Below, in pieces: positions 31,694 through 43,927 of a stretch of DNA of 64,000 nucleotides. Source of the stretch: Candidatus Latescibacterota bacterium (lineage in GTDB: Bacteria > Latescibacterota > UBA2968 > UBA8231). The DNA is taken from NCBI GenBank assembly GCA_965217585.1, contig OZ244561.1, forward strand, positions 5,376,001 through 5,440,000, written 5' to 3'. How positions within the stretch are numbered: the stretch's first letter is position 1; each line of letters opens with the position of its first letter. The notes under the pieces were generated by a model, which did no database searches, was not told the origin of the DNA, and saw only the letters and a program-made list of their open reading frames with translations. A program made the translations under genes and the position numbers.

Positions 31694-32164
31694 ATGTCGC
31701 GGCGTAAAAAAGCAATCAAACGCAAGCTGCTACCGGACCCGAAATTCCACAACGTCTTGGCGGCGAGGTTCGTAAATTCGCTGATGAAGCAAGGCAAGAA
31801 GAGCGTGGCCGAGCGCATATTCTACGACTCGATTGACTTAGCCGCCGAGCGCAGTGGCCAAGACGGTATTGATGTCTTCCAGAAGGCGCTAGAAAACGCC
31901 AAGCCCATCGTCATGGTTAAATCGCGTCGAGTCGGTGGCCAGACCTATCAGGTACCGGTTGAAATGCGGCCAGACGAGCGCACGGCGCGTTCGATTCGCT
32001 GGTTGATTCGCTTTGCCCGCGAGCGTTCTGAGCGCACCATGGCCGAGCGCTTGGCCAACGAGTTTATCGCTGCGTCAAGGGGCGAAGGTGGGGCTATACG
32101 CATGAAGGAAGATATCCACCGCATGGCCGAGGCGAATAAGGCCTTCGCCCACTACAGATTTTAG
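31694..32164 (+). CDS. rpsG: 30S ribosomal protein S7
   Basis: [26 protein letters not shown]. Confidence 0.98.
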   Translation: MSRRKKAIKRKLLPDPKFHNVLAARFVNSLMKQGKKSVAERIFYDSIDLAAERSGQDGIDVFQKALENAKPIVMVKSRRVGGQTYQVPVEMRPDERTARSIRWLIRFARERSERTMAERLANEFIAASRGEGGAIRMKEDIHRMAEANKAFAHYRF

Positions 32165-32180
32165 GGAGTTCTCAGGGGAA

Positions 32181-34259
32181 ATGGCACGACAGTTTTTACA
32201 ACAAGACACGCGCAATATCGGAATTGCGGCTCACATCGACGCTGGCAAAACCACTACTACCGAGCGGATCCTCTACTACACTGGCCGCGTTCACCGCATG
32301 GGAGAGGTCCACGACGGCACGGCGACTATGGACTGGATGGAGCAAGAGCGCGAGCGCGGCATTACTATCACCTCTGCGGCTACCGCTTGCGAGTGGAAAG
32401 ATCACCGTATCAACATTATCGATACGCCCGGCCACGTGGATTTTACCGCCGAGGTCGAGCGTTCGTTGCGCGTCCTCGACGGGGCCATAGGCGTCTTCTG
32501 TGCGGTCGGCGGAGTCGAACCTCAGTCCGAGACCGTCTGGCACCAAGCCGACAAATACGGGGTTCCGCGCATTGCTTTTGTCAACAAAATGGATCGCAAT
32601 GGGGCTGATTTTTTCCAGGTCCTGAGCATGCTCAAAGAGCGGTTGAACAGCAATTTCGTGCCCGTCCAGTTGCCCATCGGCGTCGGCGAGACGTTCAATG
32701 GCTTGATAGACTTGGTCGAGATGAAGGCCATTACCTATGAAGAGGCCAGCCAAGGCGTCAAGTTTTTCGAGGACGAGATCCCCGCGGATTTGCTGGAGAA
32801 TGCCTTGCAATACCGCGAAAACCTGCTCGAGGCGGTGGCCGAATTCGACGATGGACTGCTCGAAAAATTCCTCGAAGGGGAGGAAATTCACCCCGACGAA
32901 ATCCGAGTTGCGCTGCGCCAAGCCACCATCGCGCTGAAGGCTGTGCCCGTAACATGTGGCAGTGCTTACAAATACAAAGGCGTTCAGCGCTTGCTCGACG
33001 CTGTGCTGCACTATCTTCCATCCCCGGCCGACATCGGCGAAATCAAGGGCATGCTACCCCATTCCAGCGCGGAGGCGGTGCGTCCCGCCCACGACGATGC
33101 GCCTTTTGCCGGGTTGGCCTTTAAAGTTATGACGGACCCTTTTGTCGGGCGCCTCACCTTTGTTCGCGTCTATTCAGGTGTGCTAAGCTCGGGGACTTAC
33201 CTCTACAATGTGCCTACTGAGCGCCGCGAGCGGACCGCGCGCTTGCTGGAGATGCACGCCAATGACCGCACCGAGCTGTCTCATGCCTATGCAGGTGATA
33301 TAGTCGCTGTGGTCGGCCTCAAAAACACGACTACTGGCGATACGCTTTGCGACGAGCAGCACCCCATCGTCTTGGAAAAGATCGAATTTGCCGAGCCGGT
33401 GGTCCACGTGGCAATTGAGCCAAAGACGCGGGCCGACCAGGAGCAGCTATACATTGCTCTGTCCAAGCTCAGCGAGGAAGATCCGACCTTTCAGATCAAG
33501 CACGACGACGAGACGGGCCAGACGATCATGTCGGGCATGGGCGAACTTCACCTAGAGATACTCATCGACCGCCTCTTCCGCGAATTCAAGGTCGAGGCTA
33601 ATGTCGGCAGGCCCCAAGTGGCCTACAAAGAAGGCCTGCGCAAGGCCGTCGAGAGCACGGGCCGATTCGTGCGACAGACAGGAGGTCGCGGCCAGTACGG
33701 GCACGTCGAGTTGGAGATCGAGCCAGGCGAGCCGGGCAGTGGGCTGGTCTTCGAGTCGAAAATTATCGGTGGCAACATCCCCAAGGAATACATCAATCCA
33801 GTGCGCGAGGGCATCATTGAAGCGATGACCACTGGCCCCGTTGCCGGTTATCCGATCGAGGATATTAAGGTCGTGCTGGTAGATGGGTCGTATCACGAGG
33901 TCGATTCATCGGAAGTCGCCTTTAAGGTTGCCGGGACCATGGCCTTCAAAGACGGTGCTCTGAAGGCGGCTCCCTATCTAATGGAGCCGATTATGGAGTT
34001 GGAGGTCGTCGTCCCCGATCAATATATAGGCGACGTAATGGGCGATCTCAATTCGCACCGGGGTGAAATACAAGGCATTAATCCCCGTTCCGATGCCCAG
34101 GTCGTCAAGGCTTTCGTGCCGCTGAGCGAGACTTTTGGCTACGCCACTCGTCTGCGTTCGCTGACCCAAGGACGGGCGCTTTTTACCATGCAGTTTTCCA
34201 AGTACCAAGCTGTCCCCAAGCACATCACTGAAGAAATCGTCGATAACACTAAAAGTTAA
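32181..34259 (+). CDS. fusA: Elongation factor G
   Basis: [26 protein letters not shown]. Confidence 0.98.
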   Translation: MARQFLQQDTRNIGIAAHIDAGKTTTTERILYYTGRVHRMGEVHDGTATMDWMEQERERGITITSAATACEWKDHRINIIDTPGHVDFTAEVERSLRVLDGAIGVFCAVGGVEPQSETVWHQADKYGVPRIAFVNKMDRNGADFFQVLSMLKERLNSNFVPVQLPIGVGETFNGLIDLVEMKAITYEEASQGVKFFEDEIPADLLENALQYRENLLEAVAEFDDGLLEKFLEGEEIHPDEIRVALRQATIALKAVPVTCGSAYKYKGVQRLLDAVLHYLPSPADIGEIKGMLPHSSAEAVRPAHDDAPFAGLAFKVMTDPFVGRLTFVRVYSGVLSSGTYLYNVPTERRERTARLLEMHANDRTELSHAYAGDIVAVVGLKNTTTGDTLCDEQHPIVLEKIEFAEPVVHVAIEPKTRADQEQLYIALSKLSEEDPTFQIKHDDETGQTIMSGMGELHLEILIDRLFREFKVEANVGRPQVAYKEGLRKAVESTGRFVRQTGGRGQYGHVELEIEPGEPGSGLVFESKIIGGNIPKEYINPVREGIIEAMTTGPVAGYPIEDIKVVLVDGSYHEVDSSEVAFKVAGTMAFKDGALKAAPYLMEPIMELEVVVPDQYIGDVMGDLNSHRGEIQGINPRSDAQVVKAFVPLSETFGYATRLRSLTQGRALFTMQFSKYQAVPKHITEEIVDNTKS

Positions 34260-34307
34260 AGCTGTAACCGCCTTCCCAAGGACTAAGGAAAGGAGAGGAT
34301 TAAGGAA

Positions 34308-35498
<1,191 letters not shown>

Positions 35499-35527
35499 GG
35501 ACAGCCTCGTTAGGGAGATGTAAGCCA

Positions 35528-35836
35528 GTGGCAGTTGACAGAATACGCATTCGCCTCAAAGCCTATGACCACATGGCGTTGGACAAATCTGTGGACGAGA
35601 TAGTCCAGACGGTCAAGCGAAGCGGGGCCCGTATCGCCGGCCCGGTGCCGCTGCCGACGGCTCGCACCATATACACCGTGCTGCGATCCCCACATGTGGA
35701 CAAGAAATCGCGCGAGCAGTTCGAAACGCGCATCCACAAGCGGCTCATCGACATTTACGATTCGACGCCGCAGACTGTGGACGCGCTGATGAAGCTCGAT
35801 CTGCCTGCGGGCATCGGCATCGACATAAAGGTTTGA
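35528..35836 (+). CDS. rpsJ: 30S ribosomal protein S10
   Basis: [31 protein letters not shown]. Confidence 0.98.
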   Translation: MAVDRIRIRLKAYDHMALDKSVDEIVQTVKRSGARIAGPVPLPTARTIYTVLRSPHVDKKSREQFETRIHKRLIDIYDSTPQTVDALMKLDLPAGIGIDIKV

Positions 35837-35843
35837 TTGGACA

Positions 35844-36485
35844 ATGATGGGTGCGCAGGTAGAAGTGCTAAATAGCGAAGGGCAAGCAGACGGCTCAGTG
35901 GAATTGCCCGAGGATTTGTTCGGCATTGAGGTTTCAGAATACGCCCTCTATCGAGCGGTCGTCGCTAACCGGGCGAATCAGCGGCAGGGGACGGCCTCGG
36001 CCAAGACCCGGTCCGAGATAGCCCGCACGAGCAAGAAGCACCATCGCCAGAAAGGCACGGGTTGGGCGCGTCGGGGTTCGCTGCGCTCGCCTTTGGTGCG
36101 CGGTGGCGGCGTGGCCTTTGGTCCCCGTCCTCGCTCTTATTCTTCCAAGCTGCCCAAGTCCCTCAAGCGTCTGGCATTCCGCTCGGCACTCACGCTCAAA
36201 GGCACGGGGGGGCAGGTCAAGGTCGTCACCGACTTCGACTTTCCGACTCCCAGTACCCGTTCCTTTCAGAAGGTCATTGAAGCGTGCGGTCTCAAAGACC
36301 AGAAGGTTCTGTTTGTCTCTGTGGAAAGCTCTCCGGTGTTGATCAAGTCGAGCCACAATCTACCTAAGGTGAAAATTGCTCATCTCGGGTCGCTATCTAC
36401 CTATGACTTGCTGGCAACGGACGTGGTCTTATTTACTCGCCAAGCCTTTGACCGGCTCGTAGAAACCCATGGCCAAAGGGGCTGA
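35844..36485 (+). CDS. rplD: 50S ribosomal protein L4
   Basis: RQGTASAKTRSE, RQKGTG.AR.GS.RSP..RGGGVAFGP. Confidence 0.95.
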   Translation: MMGAQVEVLNSEGQADGSVELPEDLFGIEVSEYALYRAVVANRANQRQGTASAKTRSEIARTSKKHHRQKGTGWARRGSLRSPLVRGGGVAFGPRPRSYSSKLPKSLKRLAFRSALTLKGTGGQVKVVTDFDFPTPSTRSFQKVIEACGLKDQKVLFVSVESSPVLIKSSHNLPKVKIAHLGSLSTYDLLATDVVLFTRQAFDRLVETHGQRG

Positions 36486-36489
36486 GAAG

Positions 36490-36774
36490 ATGAACCCGCG
36501 AGCGATTATTCAGGAGCCGGTGATCACCGAAAAAGCCTCCATGTTGCGCGAGGGCAATAAGTACGCCTTTCGCGTCCATCCCAAGGCCAACAAACTCCAG
36601 ATCCGCCAGGCAGTAGAATCCATTTTTTCGGTCAAGGTCGAATCCGTCCGCACCATCAAAGTCCCCAGCAAGCCCAAGCGGCAAGGGATGTACCTAGGGC
36701 GGCGTGCTGGTTGGAAAAAGGCCTATGTGACGCTCCGGGCCGGTGACTCCATTGAATTTGCTGAAAATATCTAG
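36490..36774 (+). CDS. rplW: 50S ribosomal protein L23
   Basis: PVITEKA, ANKLQIRQAVE, WKKAYVTL. Confidence 0.95.
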   Translation: MNPRAIIQEPVITEKASMLREGNKYAFRVHPKANKLQIRQAVESIFSVKVESVRTIKVPSKPKRQGMYLGRRAGWKKAYVTLRAGDSIEFAENI

Positions 36775-36790
36775 CTAAACTGGACTTGAG

Positions 36791-37642
36791 ATGGCAGTCA
36801 AGAAATTTCGCCCCACAACCCCGACGCTGCGCTACAAGACGGTCAACTCCTTTGAGGAGCTAACGCGCAGCAAGCCCGAGAAGTCGTTGCTCGCTGCTGC
36901 CGTTGGCAAGTCGGGCGGGCGCAACAATCAGGGCCGCATGACCATGCGTCGGCGCGGAGGGGGGCACAAGAGGCGCTACCGCGTCATCGACTTCAAGCGC
37001 ACCAAATTCGACAAGCGCACCAAACTCGGTGTCCCGGGTCGGGTCGCCGCGATCGAATACGATCCCAACCGCTCGGCATTTATTGCCCTTGTCGTCTACG
37101 CCGATGGAGACAAGCGCTACATTCTCGCGCCTTTGGGGCTGAAGGTCGGGGCCGAGGTCATCGCCGGTCCCAATGCCCCAATCCAAGTCGGCAATGCCTT
37201 GCCGTTGGCCAATATTCCCTTGGGGGCGACGGTTCACAATGTCGAGCTCAATCCCGGTCGCGGCGGGCAATTAGCGCGTAGCGCGGGTGCCGAAGTGCAG
37301 CTTCTTGGCCGCGACGGCGGGCGGGCGCAGTTGCGACTGCCTTCGGGGGAAAATCGCGAAGTACCCGTCCAGTGCATGGCGACCTTGGGGCAGGTGGGCA
37401 ATATCGAACACGCCAATATTGTCATTGGCAAGGCTGGCCGCTCTCGTTGGTTGGGGCGCAGGCCCAAGGTGCGGGGCGTAGTTATGAATCCGGTTGACCA
37501 CCCGCATGGCGGAGGCGAAGGCCGATCTTCAGGCGGACGACACCCGGTCACTCCTTGGGGCAAGCCCACCAAGGGGTACAAGACGCGCAAGCGCAAAAAC
37601 CAAAGCAATCAGTGGATCATACGCCGGCGCAACGCGAAGTAG
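36791..37642 (+). CDS. rplB: 50S ribosomal protein L2
   Basis: [28 protein letters not shown]. Confidence 0.98.
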   Translation: MAVKKFRPTTPTLRYKTVNSFEELTRSKPEKSLLAAAVGKSGGRNNQGRMTMRRRGGGHKRRYRVIDFKRTKFDKRTKLGVPGRVAAIEYDPNRSAFIALVVYADGDKRYILAPLGLKVGAEVIAGPNAPIQVGNALPLANIPLGATVHNVELNPGRGGQLARSAGAEVQLLGRDGGRAQLRLPSGENREVPVQCMATLGQVGNIEHANIVIGKAGRSRWLGRRPKVRGVVMNPVDHPHGGGEGRSSGGRHPVTPWGKPTKGYKTRKRKNQSNQWIIRRRNAK

Positions 37643-37651
37643 CGAGGAATT

Positions 37652-37939
37652 ATGGCAAGATCGATTAAAAAAGGCCCCTTTATCGACGGGCATTTAGCAA
37701 AAAAGGTCGAGCACCTCAATCGCACGGGCGACAAGCAGGTCGTACGGACTTGGTCGCGGCGCTCAACCATTACGCCCGACTTCGTCGGCCATACGCTAGC
37801 CGTTTACAACGGCAATAAGTTCATTCCGGTGTACATCACAGAGAACATGGTCGGGCACAAGCTCGGCGAGTTCGCTCCGACCCGCACCTTCCGCGGCCAC
37901 GGGGGGCGGTTGACCGAGCGCGGCACGAGAGTGCAATAA
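37652..37939 (+). CDS. rpsS: 30S ribosomal protein S19
   Basis: [19 protein letters not shown]. Confidence 0.98.
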   Translation: MARSIKKGPFIDGHLAKKVEHLNRTGDKQVVRTWSRRSTITPDFVGHTLAVYNGNKFIPVYITENMVGHKLGEFAPTRTFRGHGGRLTERGTRVQ

Positions 37940-37941
37940 GC

Positions 37942-38289
37942 ATGGAAGCCAAAGCCGTACTCAAACAAATCGGTGTACCGACGATTAAGGTGCGCCAACT
38001 CATTGACCTGATTCGCGGCAAGCCGGTCGCCGAGGCCCTTACCATTCTTCGGTTTTCGCCTCGCCCAGTGGCCAAGCTGGTCGAAAAGACCCTGCGTTCG
38101 GCCATATCCAATGGGATCAATCAGGACGAAGAAAACCCGGTCGACGCCGACGATCTCTACGTAACGCGCGTCTTCGCCGACGAAGGACGCGATCTCAAGC
38201 GCATTCGTCCGCGGGCCCGCGGCTCGGCTGATCGCATTCGCAAGCGCCACTGCAATCTCACGGTCGTCGTCAGCGACGAGACCAACTAA
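37942..38289 (+). CDS. rplV: 50S ribosomal protein L22
   Basis: DLIRGK, RIRPRARG; synteny. Confidence 0.96.
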   Translation: MEAKAVLKQIGVPTIKVRQLIDLIRGKPVAEALTILRFSPRPVAKLVEKTLRSAISNGINQDEENPVDADDLYVTRVFADEGRDLKRIRPRARGSADRIRKRHCNLTVVVSDETN

Positions 38290-38299
38290 GGGGGACAGC

Positions 38300-38956
38300 T
38301 TGGGACAGAAAACACATCCATACGGCTTCCGTCTCGGGGTCATCAAGCCCTGGCGTTCAAATTGGTTCGCCGAAAAGGATTTTTCCGAGTTGCTCAAAGA
38401 AGACCTCATGTTGCGGCGCTACGTGCGCCAGCGCCTACAGCGAGCCGGCGTGTCCCAGATCAACATTGAGCGTCAGCCCAAGCGGGTTACCGTTGAAGTG
38501 CATACGGCTCGTCCTGGTATTGCCATTGGTCGCCGCGGGGCCGAAGTCGATAAGATCCGCGATGAGCTCAAGGCACTGACCAGCAAGGATGTCTCGCTCA
38601 ATATCCAAGAGATTAAGAAGCCCGAACTGGATGCTCAGCTAGTGGCCGATAATCTCGCTCGCCAGCTAGAGCAGCGCGTTTCTTTTCGCCGGGCTATGAA
38701 GAAATCCGTAGCCTCGTCGATGCGCATGGGGGCCGAGGGTATCCGCATCGTCTGTTCCGGGCGCATCGGTGGTTCGGAAATGGGGCGGCGCGAGCGTTCC
38801 GAGCCAGCCGGTCGGGTTCCCTTGCACACGCTGCGCGCCGATATCGACTACGCCATGGCAACGGCCTATACCGTATCGGGGACTGTGGGCGTAAAAGTTT
38901 GGATTTGCCACGGCGAAGTCGTGGCCGAAGAAGAAGGGGCCGCTCGCGCGGTCTAA
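38300..38956 (+). CDS. rpsC: 30S ribosomal protein S3
   Basis: GQKTHPYGFRLG, GRVPLHTLRADIDY. Confidence 0.97.
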   Translation: MGQKTHPYGFRLGVIKPWRSNWFAEKDFSELLKEDLMLRRYVRQRLQRAGVSQINIERQPKRVTVEVHTARPGIAIGRRGAEVDKIRDELKALTSKDVSLNIQEIKKPELDAQLVADNLARQLEQRVSFRRAMKKSVASSMRMGAEGIRIVCSGRIGGSEMGRRERSEPAGRVPLHTLRADIDYAMATAYTVSGTVGVKVWICHGEVVAEEEGAARAV

Positions 38957-38974
38957 TTACAGCGAGACACTCTC

Positions 38975-39382
38975 ATGTTGATGCCCAAGAAGTCCAAGTG
39001 GAGGAAGCAGGCGCGGGGCCGCATGCGTGGCCAGACTAAAGGCGGGGACATGGTCTCCTTCGGCGAATACGGTCTCAAAGCCCTCGAGCCCTGTTGGGTC
39101 ACCAGCCGTCAGATCGAGGCTATGCGCGTGACGATCAGTCGGGCGATGAGCCGCACGGGCAAGATGTGGATCCGCATTTTTCCCGACAAACCGATCACCA
39201 AGAAACCAGCCGAAACCCGCATGGGCAAAGGCAAGGGGCCGCCGGAGGGATGGGTTGCGGTCGTCAAACCCGGGCGGGTGATGTTCGAGCTTTCCGGGGT
39301 GCCCGAAGACATGGCCCGCGAGGCATTCCGCCGCGCTGGCCACAAATTGCCCATCAAGACCAAGGTCGTCAAACGAGTTTGA
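38975..39382 (+). CDS. rplP: 50S ribosomal protein L16
   Basis: [16 protein letters not shown]. Confidence 0.97.
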   Translation: MLMPKKSKWRKQARGRMRGQTKGGDMVSFGEYGLKALEPCWVTSRQIEAMRVTISRAMSRTGKMWIRIFPDKPITKKPAETRMGKGKGPPEGWVAVVKPGRVMFELSGVPEDMAREAFRRAGHKLPIKTKVVKRV

Positions 39383-39386
39383 GGTT

Positions 39387-39602
39387 ATGAAGGTCAGCGA
39401 ATTGCGCGAGATGAGTTCAGAGGAAGTGCAAAACAGGTTGGAAGAACTGCACGAGGAGTTTTTCAACCTGCGTTTTCAGCACGTAGCCGGCCAGTTGACT
39501 AGCCCCATTCGCTTGCGGCAAGTGCGGCGCGACATTGCCAAGGCGCACACCGTGCTCAAAGAGCACGCCCTCGGGGTGCGTCCCTTGGCCGGTGGGAAAT
39601 AA
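39387..39602 (+). CDS. rpmC: 50S ribosomal protein L29
   Basis: [13 protein letters not shown]; synteny. Confidence 0.95.
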   Translation: MKVSELREMSSEEVQNRLEELHEEFFNLRFQHVAGQLTSPIRLRQVRRDIAKAHTVLKEHALGVRPLAGGK

Positions 39603-39607
39603 AGGAA

Positions 39608-39865
39608 ATGGCTAAACAAAAAAGAGGCCGGCGTCAGGCCGAAGGACGAGTGCTCAAGGCCAACAACGTCAAGACGCGCATCGTGGCGGTTGAACAGCGC
39701 ATTCCGCATGCCCTGTACGGCCGGATCATCCGCCGCACCGCCAAGTTCGTCGCCCACGACGAGCGCGAAGAGTCGCAGGTTGGCGATCTCGTGCGCATTG
39801 AGGAGTGCCGCCCCCTGAGCAAGACCAAGCGTTGGCGGCTCGTCGATGTATTAGAGCGGCAGTAA
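39608..39865 (+). CDS. rpsQ: 30S ribosomal protein S17
   Basis: [22 protein letters not shown]. Confidence 0.96.
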   Translation: MAKQKRGRRQAEGRVLKANNVKTRIVAVEQRIPHALYGRIIRRTAKFVAHDEREESQVGDLVRIEECRPLSKTKRWRLVDVLERQ

Positions 39866-39892
39866 ATCAAAATTTAGGCTTGTAGGAACAAA

Positions 39893-40261
39893 ATGATTCG
39901 GGAATACAGCGTAGTCAAAATGGCGGATAATGCCGGGGCCCGCACAGGCCGCTGCATTCGCGTACTCGGCGGCTCCCGCAAGCGCTATGCCAGCATTGGC
40001 GACCTGATCGTAGTCGCCGTCCATGGCGTAGCGCCGAACGGGCCTTTAGAGGAAGGGCAAGTCGTCAAGGCCGTAGTCGTGCGGACCAAGAAGGAGTATC
40101 GCCGTCCAGATGGATCCTATATCCGCTTTGACGACAATGCCGCCGTACTGGTCAACGACGACAAGGAGCCAACAGGTACTCGCATATTCGGGCCTGTGGC
40201 CCGCGAGCTGCGCGAAAAGCAATACATGCGCATTGTATCGCTGGCACCCGAGGTAGTCTGA
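39893..40261 (+). CDS. rplN: 50S ribosomal protein L14
   Basis: [21 protein letters not shown]. Confidence 0.97.
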   Translation: MIREYSVVKMADNAGARTGRCIRVLGGSRKRYASIGDLIVVAVHGVAPNGPLEEGQVVKAVVVRTKKEYRRPDGSYIRFDDNAAVLVNDDKEPTGTRIFGPVARELREKQYMRIVSLAPEVV

Positions 40262-40272
40262 GGAAGAGCGCA

Positions 40273-40590
40273 ATGGACATTCGCAAAGGCGATACAATAC
40301 AGGTCATAAGCGGCAACGACAAAGGTCGACGCTCGACGGTGCTCAGCGTGTTCAAGGATCGGGGGCGGATCATCGTCGAAGGCGTGAATATGCGCAAGCA
40401 CCACACTCGTCCCACATCGCGCGATCCCCAAGGGGGTATCGTTGAGCGCGAGGGCCCCATTCACGTTTCCAATGTCATGATCGTCTGCCCCAAGACCGAC
40501 CAACCGACGCGCATCGGGCACAAGAAGCTCGACAACGGAAAACGCGTGCGCGTCTCTATTCGCAGCGGCGAAATGATTGACCCAGAATAA
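40273..40590 (+). CDS. rplX: 50S ribosomal protein L24
   Basis: KGDTIQVISGNDKG, EGPIHVSNV. Confidence 0.96.
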   Translation: MDIRKGDTIQVISGNDKGRRSTVLSVFKDRGRIIVEGVNMRKHHTRPTSRDPQGGIVEREGPIHVSNVMIVCPKTDQPTRIGHKKLDNGKRVRVSIRSGEMIDPE

Positions 40591-40593
40591 GCC

Positions 40594-41139
40594 ATGAACG
40601 AAGCCAGACTAAAAAAACAGTACAAAGAAGAGGCGCTGCCTCAGCTCAAGGCCCGCTTCTCGTTTGAGAACGACATGCAGGTACCGCGCTTGGAGAAGGT
40701 CGTCGTCAATATGGGCGTCGGCGAGGCGGTGCAGGAGCCCAAGGTGCTCGAAGGTGCTATATCCGAATTGACGGCTATCACCGGCCAAAAGCCCGCCGTC
40801 CGCCACGCCAAGAAGGCGATCTCAAACTTCAAGTTGCGCGTCGGCATTCCCATCGGCTGCATGGTCACCTTGCGGGGCACCCACATGTACGAGTTTCTCG
40901 ACCGCTTGATCAGCTTCGCTTTGCCGCAGGTCCGAGATTTCCGTGGGGTTTCTCCCAAGAGCTTCGACGGACGCGGCAACTACAATCTGGGCATCAAGGA
41001 ACAGATCATATTCCCCGAGATCAACTACGACATGATCGACCAAGTCCGGGGTATGAATATCACCATCGTCACCTCGGCTAAAAGCGACGAGCAAGGTCAA
41101 GAGCTGCTCCGGTTGTTGGGCATGCCCTTTAGTCAATAG
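40594..41139 (+). CDS. rplE: 50S ribosomal protein L5
   Basis: [23 protein letters not shown]. Confidence 0.97.
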   Translation: MNEARLKKQYKEEALPQLKARFSFENDMQVPRLEKVVVNMGVGEAVQEPKVLEGAISELTAITGQKPAVRHAKKAISNFKLRVGIPIGCMVTLRGTHMYEFLDRLISFALPQVRDFRGVSPKSFDGRGNYNLGIKEQIIFPEINYDMIDQVRGMNITIVTSAKSDEQGQELLRLLGMPFSQ

Positions 41140-41158
41140 AGCCGGAAAGAACCTGCTA

Positions 41159-41344
41159 ATGCCAAAGAAATGCCTGATAGCCAAAGCGCAGCGCAAACCC
41201 AAGTTTTCCTCGCAAGCCTATACTCGCTGCCACCGCTGTGGACGCCCGCGTGCCGTATATCGCAAGTTCGGCCTGTGTCGCATCTGTTTCCGCGAATTGG
41301 CCCTCAGGGGCGAGATTCCGGGCGTTCGCAAGGCGAGCTGGTAG
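41159..41344 (+). CDS. rpsN: 30S ribosomal protein S14 (zinc-binding type Z)
   Basis: [25 protein letters not shown]. Confidence 0.96.
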   Translation: MPKKCLIAKAQRKPKFSSQAYTRCHRCGRPRAVYRKFGLCRICFRELALRGEIPGVRKASW

Positions 41345-41362
41345 CGGGCTGGAGAAATCAAT

Positions 41363-41761
41363 ATGAGCATGACGGATCCCATAGCGGATATGTTGACCCG
41401 CATTCGCAATGCCTCGAGTGCCAAGCACTCGAGAGTTGACGTGCCCGCCTCTAGACTGAAGCGAGAAGTGGCCCGCGTATTGGCCGAGTCCCGTTTTATC
41501 GACAACTTCGCCTTTATCGAAGACAGCAAGCAGGGCATTTTGCGGCTCTACCTGCGCTACGATAAGAATGAAAACAGCATCATTCGCGGGATAGAGCGCG
41601 TCAGCAAGCCTGGCTTGCGCCAATATTCGGGCAAAGCCGGTATTCCGCGCGTGCTCCGCGGGCTGGGCATCGCCATCATCTCCACCTCTAAGGGAGTGAT
41701 GACGGATAAACAAGCGAGGATGAACGGCGTAGGCGGCGAAATCCTCTGTAGCGTCTGGTAA
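41363..41761 (+). CDS. rpsH: 30S ribosomal protein S8
   Basis: DPIADMLTRIRNA, SKPGLR, STSKGVMT. Confidence 0.97.
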   Translation: MSMTDPIADMLTRIRNASSAKHSRVDVPASRLKREVARVLAESRFIDNFAFIEDSKQGILRLYLRYDKNENSIIRGIERVSKPGLRQYSGKAGIPRVLRGLGIAIISTSKGVMTDKQARMNGVGGEILCSVW

Positions 41762-41786
41762 ATGAAGTCACTAGGAGAATGTTAGA

Positions 41787-42344
41787 TTGTCGCGCATAGG
41801 TAGCGAACCCCTTCCCCTACCACAGGGAGTTGAAGTCGCGTTGGCCCCTGCCGAGGTCTCCGTAAAAGGGCCAAAGGGCCAGTTACAGGTGCCGTTTATC
41901 GCCGAGCACCTCGCGGTGGCTCAGCAGGACAGCGCTTTAACTGTGACGCGCAAAGGCGAGAGCAAACATGCTCGCTCCCTACACGGATTGACCCGAACCT
42001 TGATCGCCAATGCGGTCGAGGGGGTCTCTGAGGGTTTTTTCAAGAACTTGGATCTATTCGGCGTAGGGTACCGGGCCGAGGTCCAGGGCAGACAGCTCGT
42101 GCTCCACGTGGGCTATTCGCATCCGGTGATCTACGAAGTGCCCGAGGAGATCCAAGTCGAAGTGTCCGCGGGTGCTGGAGGGGCACAAGCCCGCATCGTC
42201 GTCCGGGGTATCGACAAGCAACTCGTGGGTCAAGTGGCCGCCAATATTCGCTTCAAGCGCCGCCCGGAGCCTTATAAGGGCAAGGGGATCCGCTATGAGA
42301 ACGAGACTATTCACTGGAAACAGGGCAAGACGGCAGGCGAATGA
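41787..42344 (+). CDS. rplF: 50S ribosomal protein L6
   Basis: SRIG, VKGPKG, PEPYKGKGIRY. Confidence 0.97.
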   Translation: MSRIGSEPLPLPQGVEVALAPAEVSVKGPKGQLQVPFIAEHLAVAQQDSALTVTRKGESKHARSLHGLTRTLIANAVEGVSEGFFKNLDLFGVGYRAEVQGRQLVLHVGYSHPVIYEVPEEIQVEVSAGAGGAQARIVVRGIDKQLVGQVAANIRFKRRPEPYKGKGIRYENETIHWKQGKTAGE

Positions 42345-42715
42345 AAGACAAAAAACACTTGGTCGAAAATCGCCAGCGGCGGCAGCGGCGGCGGCACCGG
42401 CTGCGCAAGATTGTCTCCGGTACGTCCGCTCGACCGCGCATGGTGGTGCATCGTTCCCTGCGCCATATCGAGGTGCAGCTCGTCGACGACGTGGCGGGTC
42501 ATTCCCTTTTAGGCCTTTCCACTCTGTCTCAGGAGCTAAGGGAGCGGCAGTTTGACAATCGGGTGGTGCAGGGGCACGAGATAGGTAAGATAGTTGCCGC
42601 TAAGGCGCGCGAACAAGGCATTGAGCAGGTCGTCTTTGATCGCGGCGGCTTTCTCTATCACGGGGTAATCAAAGCCGTGGCCGACGGGGCGCGGGAAGCC
42701 GGCTTGAATTTCTAA
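42341..42715 (+). CDS. rplR: 50S ribosomal protein L18
   Basis: [18 protein letters not shown]. Confidence 0.96.
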   Translation: MKDKKHLVENRQRRQRRRHRLRKIVSGTSARPRMVVHRSLRHIEVQLVDDVAGHSLLGLSTLSQELRERQFDNRVVQGHEIGKIVAAKAREQGIEQVVFDRGGFLYHGVIKAVADGAREAGLNF

Positions 42716-42726
42716 GGGAGAACGGC

Positions 42727-43275
42727 GTGGCGAAAGCAGATACTAGCAGAGCGAAATCCGACAGAGCGAAATCCGATCCCAGTGGTACGGAACTGAGCGA
42801 AGTTGTCGTCCAAAACAGCATCAAGCGAGTTTCGCACGTGCGCAAGGGCGGTCGGCGTTTCAGCTTCAGCGCGATGGTCGTAGTTGGCGACCGCAATGGC
42901 CGAGTGGGGTTTGGCGCTGGCAAGGCCGGCGAGATCGCCGAGGCCATCCGCAAGGGTGCTGAGGCGGCCAAAAAGAACGTCGTCGAGGTCCCGGTGACTG
43001 ACGGGACCATACCGCATGAGATCGTCGGGGTCTTTGGCGCGGCTAAGGTACTTTTTAAGCCAGCTACCCCGGGAACTGGTATCATCGCCAGCGGCGGTAC
43101 CCGCATCGTGCTGGAGCTAGCCGGCGTCCATGATATTCTGACCAAATCCCTCGGCTCCAACAACGTGCAGAATTCAGTGAAGGCGACCGTCAAAGCACTG
43201 GCACAACTGCGCAGTGCCGAGATGATCGCTCGGGATCGCGGCGTGCCGGTGGAATCGCTCCGCGCTTGGGATTAA
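42727..43275 (+). CDS. rpsE: 30S ribosomal protein S5
   Basis: [29 protein letters not shown]. Confidence 0.96.
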   Translation: MAKADTSRAKSDRAKSDPSGTELSEVVVQNSIKRVSHVRKGGRRFSFSAMVVVGDRNGRVGFGAGKAGEIAEAIRKGAEAAKKNVVEVPVTDGTIPHEIVGVFGAAKVLFKPATPGTGIIASGGTRIVLELAGVHDILTKSLGSNNVQNSVKATVKALAQLRSAEMIARDRGVPVESLRAWD

Positions 43276-43281
43276 CAGCCA

Positions 43282-43464
43282 ATGAAACTGGTCATTACAC
43301 AGCGGCGCAGTGCCATCGGCCGCGCCAAAGGGCAAAAGGCGACGATTTCGGCTCTGGGAATCAAGCGTCTATATCAACAGGTCGTACACGACGACACCCC
43401 CCAGATCCGGGGTATGATCGCCAAAGTCAAGCATTTGGTCGCAGTTGAGGAAGTAGAAAAGTAA
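43282..43464 (+). CDS. rpmD: 50S ribosomal protein L30
   Basis: RSAIGR, TPQIRGMIAKVKHLV. Confidence 0.95.
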   Translation: MKLVITQRRSAIGRAKGQKATISALGIKRLYQQVVHDDTPQIRGMIAKVKHLVAVEEVEK

Positions 43465-43477
43465 GCGAGAGCGTATC

Positions 43478-43927
43478 ATGCGTCTAGAAAATATAAAATG
43501 CCCTCCGGGGTCTAAGCGGGACCGCAAGCGGTTGGGGCAAGGACCGGGTTCGGGGACGGGCAAGACTGCGGGCAAAGGCCATAAAGGTCAGCGGGCTAGG
43601 TCCGGTGCTAGGCGCGGTAACCGCATTGGGTTCACTGGCGGTACGCTACCGCTGTTCCGCCACATTCCCAAGGTGGGTTTTTCCAACCACAAATTCAAAA
43701 CGATCTATCAGATTGTCAATCTGCGAGATCTCGAAGAGAGGGGACTCAGCGGGGAAATCGGGCCAGAGGAAATGGCTGCTGCTGGCTTAATCGCCAAGCC
43801 ATCGGGACTGCTGAAGGTCCTAGGCGAAGGGGAACTGAGTCAGTCCCTGACGGTCAAAGCGCACAAATTCTCCTCTACGGCAGCAGAGAAAATCGCCAAA
43901 GCGGGCGGTCAGGCCGAGGTAATTTGA
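43478..43927 (+). CDS. rplO: 50S ribosomal protein L15
   Basis: GSGTGKTAGKGHKGQRARSG, KVLGEG. Confidence 0.96.
   Translation: MRLENIKCPPGSKRDRKRLGQGPGSGTGKTAGKGHKGQRARSGARRGNRIGFTGGTLPLFRHIPKVGFSNHKFKTIYQIVNLRDLEERGLSGEIGPEEMAAAGLIAKPSGLLKVLGEGELSQSLTVKAHKFSSTAAEKIAKAGGQAEVI

Noticed and set aside
32196-33011. Long antisense ORFs (also 7524-8369, 47268-47909, 37804-38409)
   Set aside because: Typical stop-poor antisense frames of GC-rich conserved genes, with no motifs.
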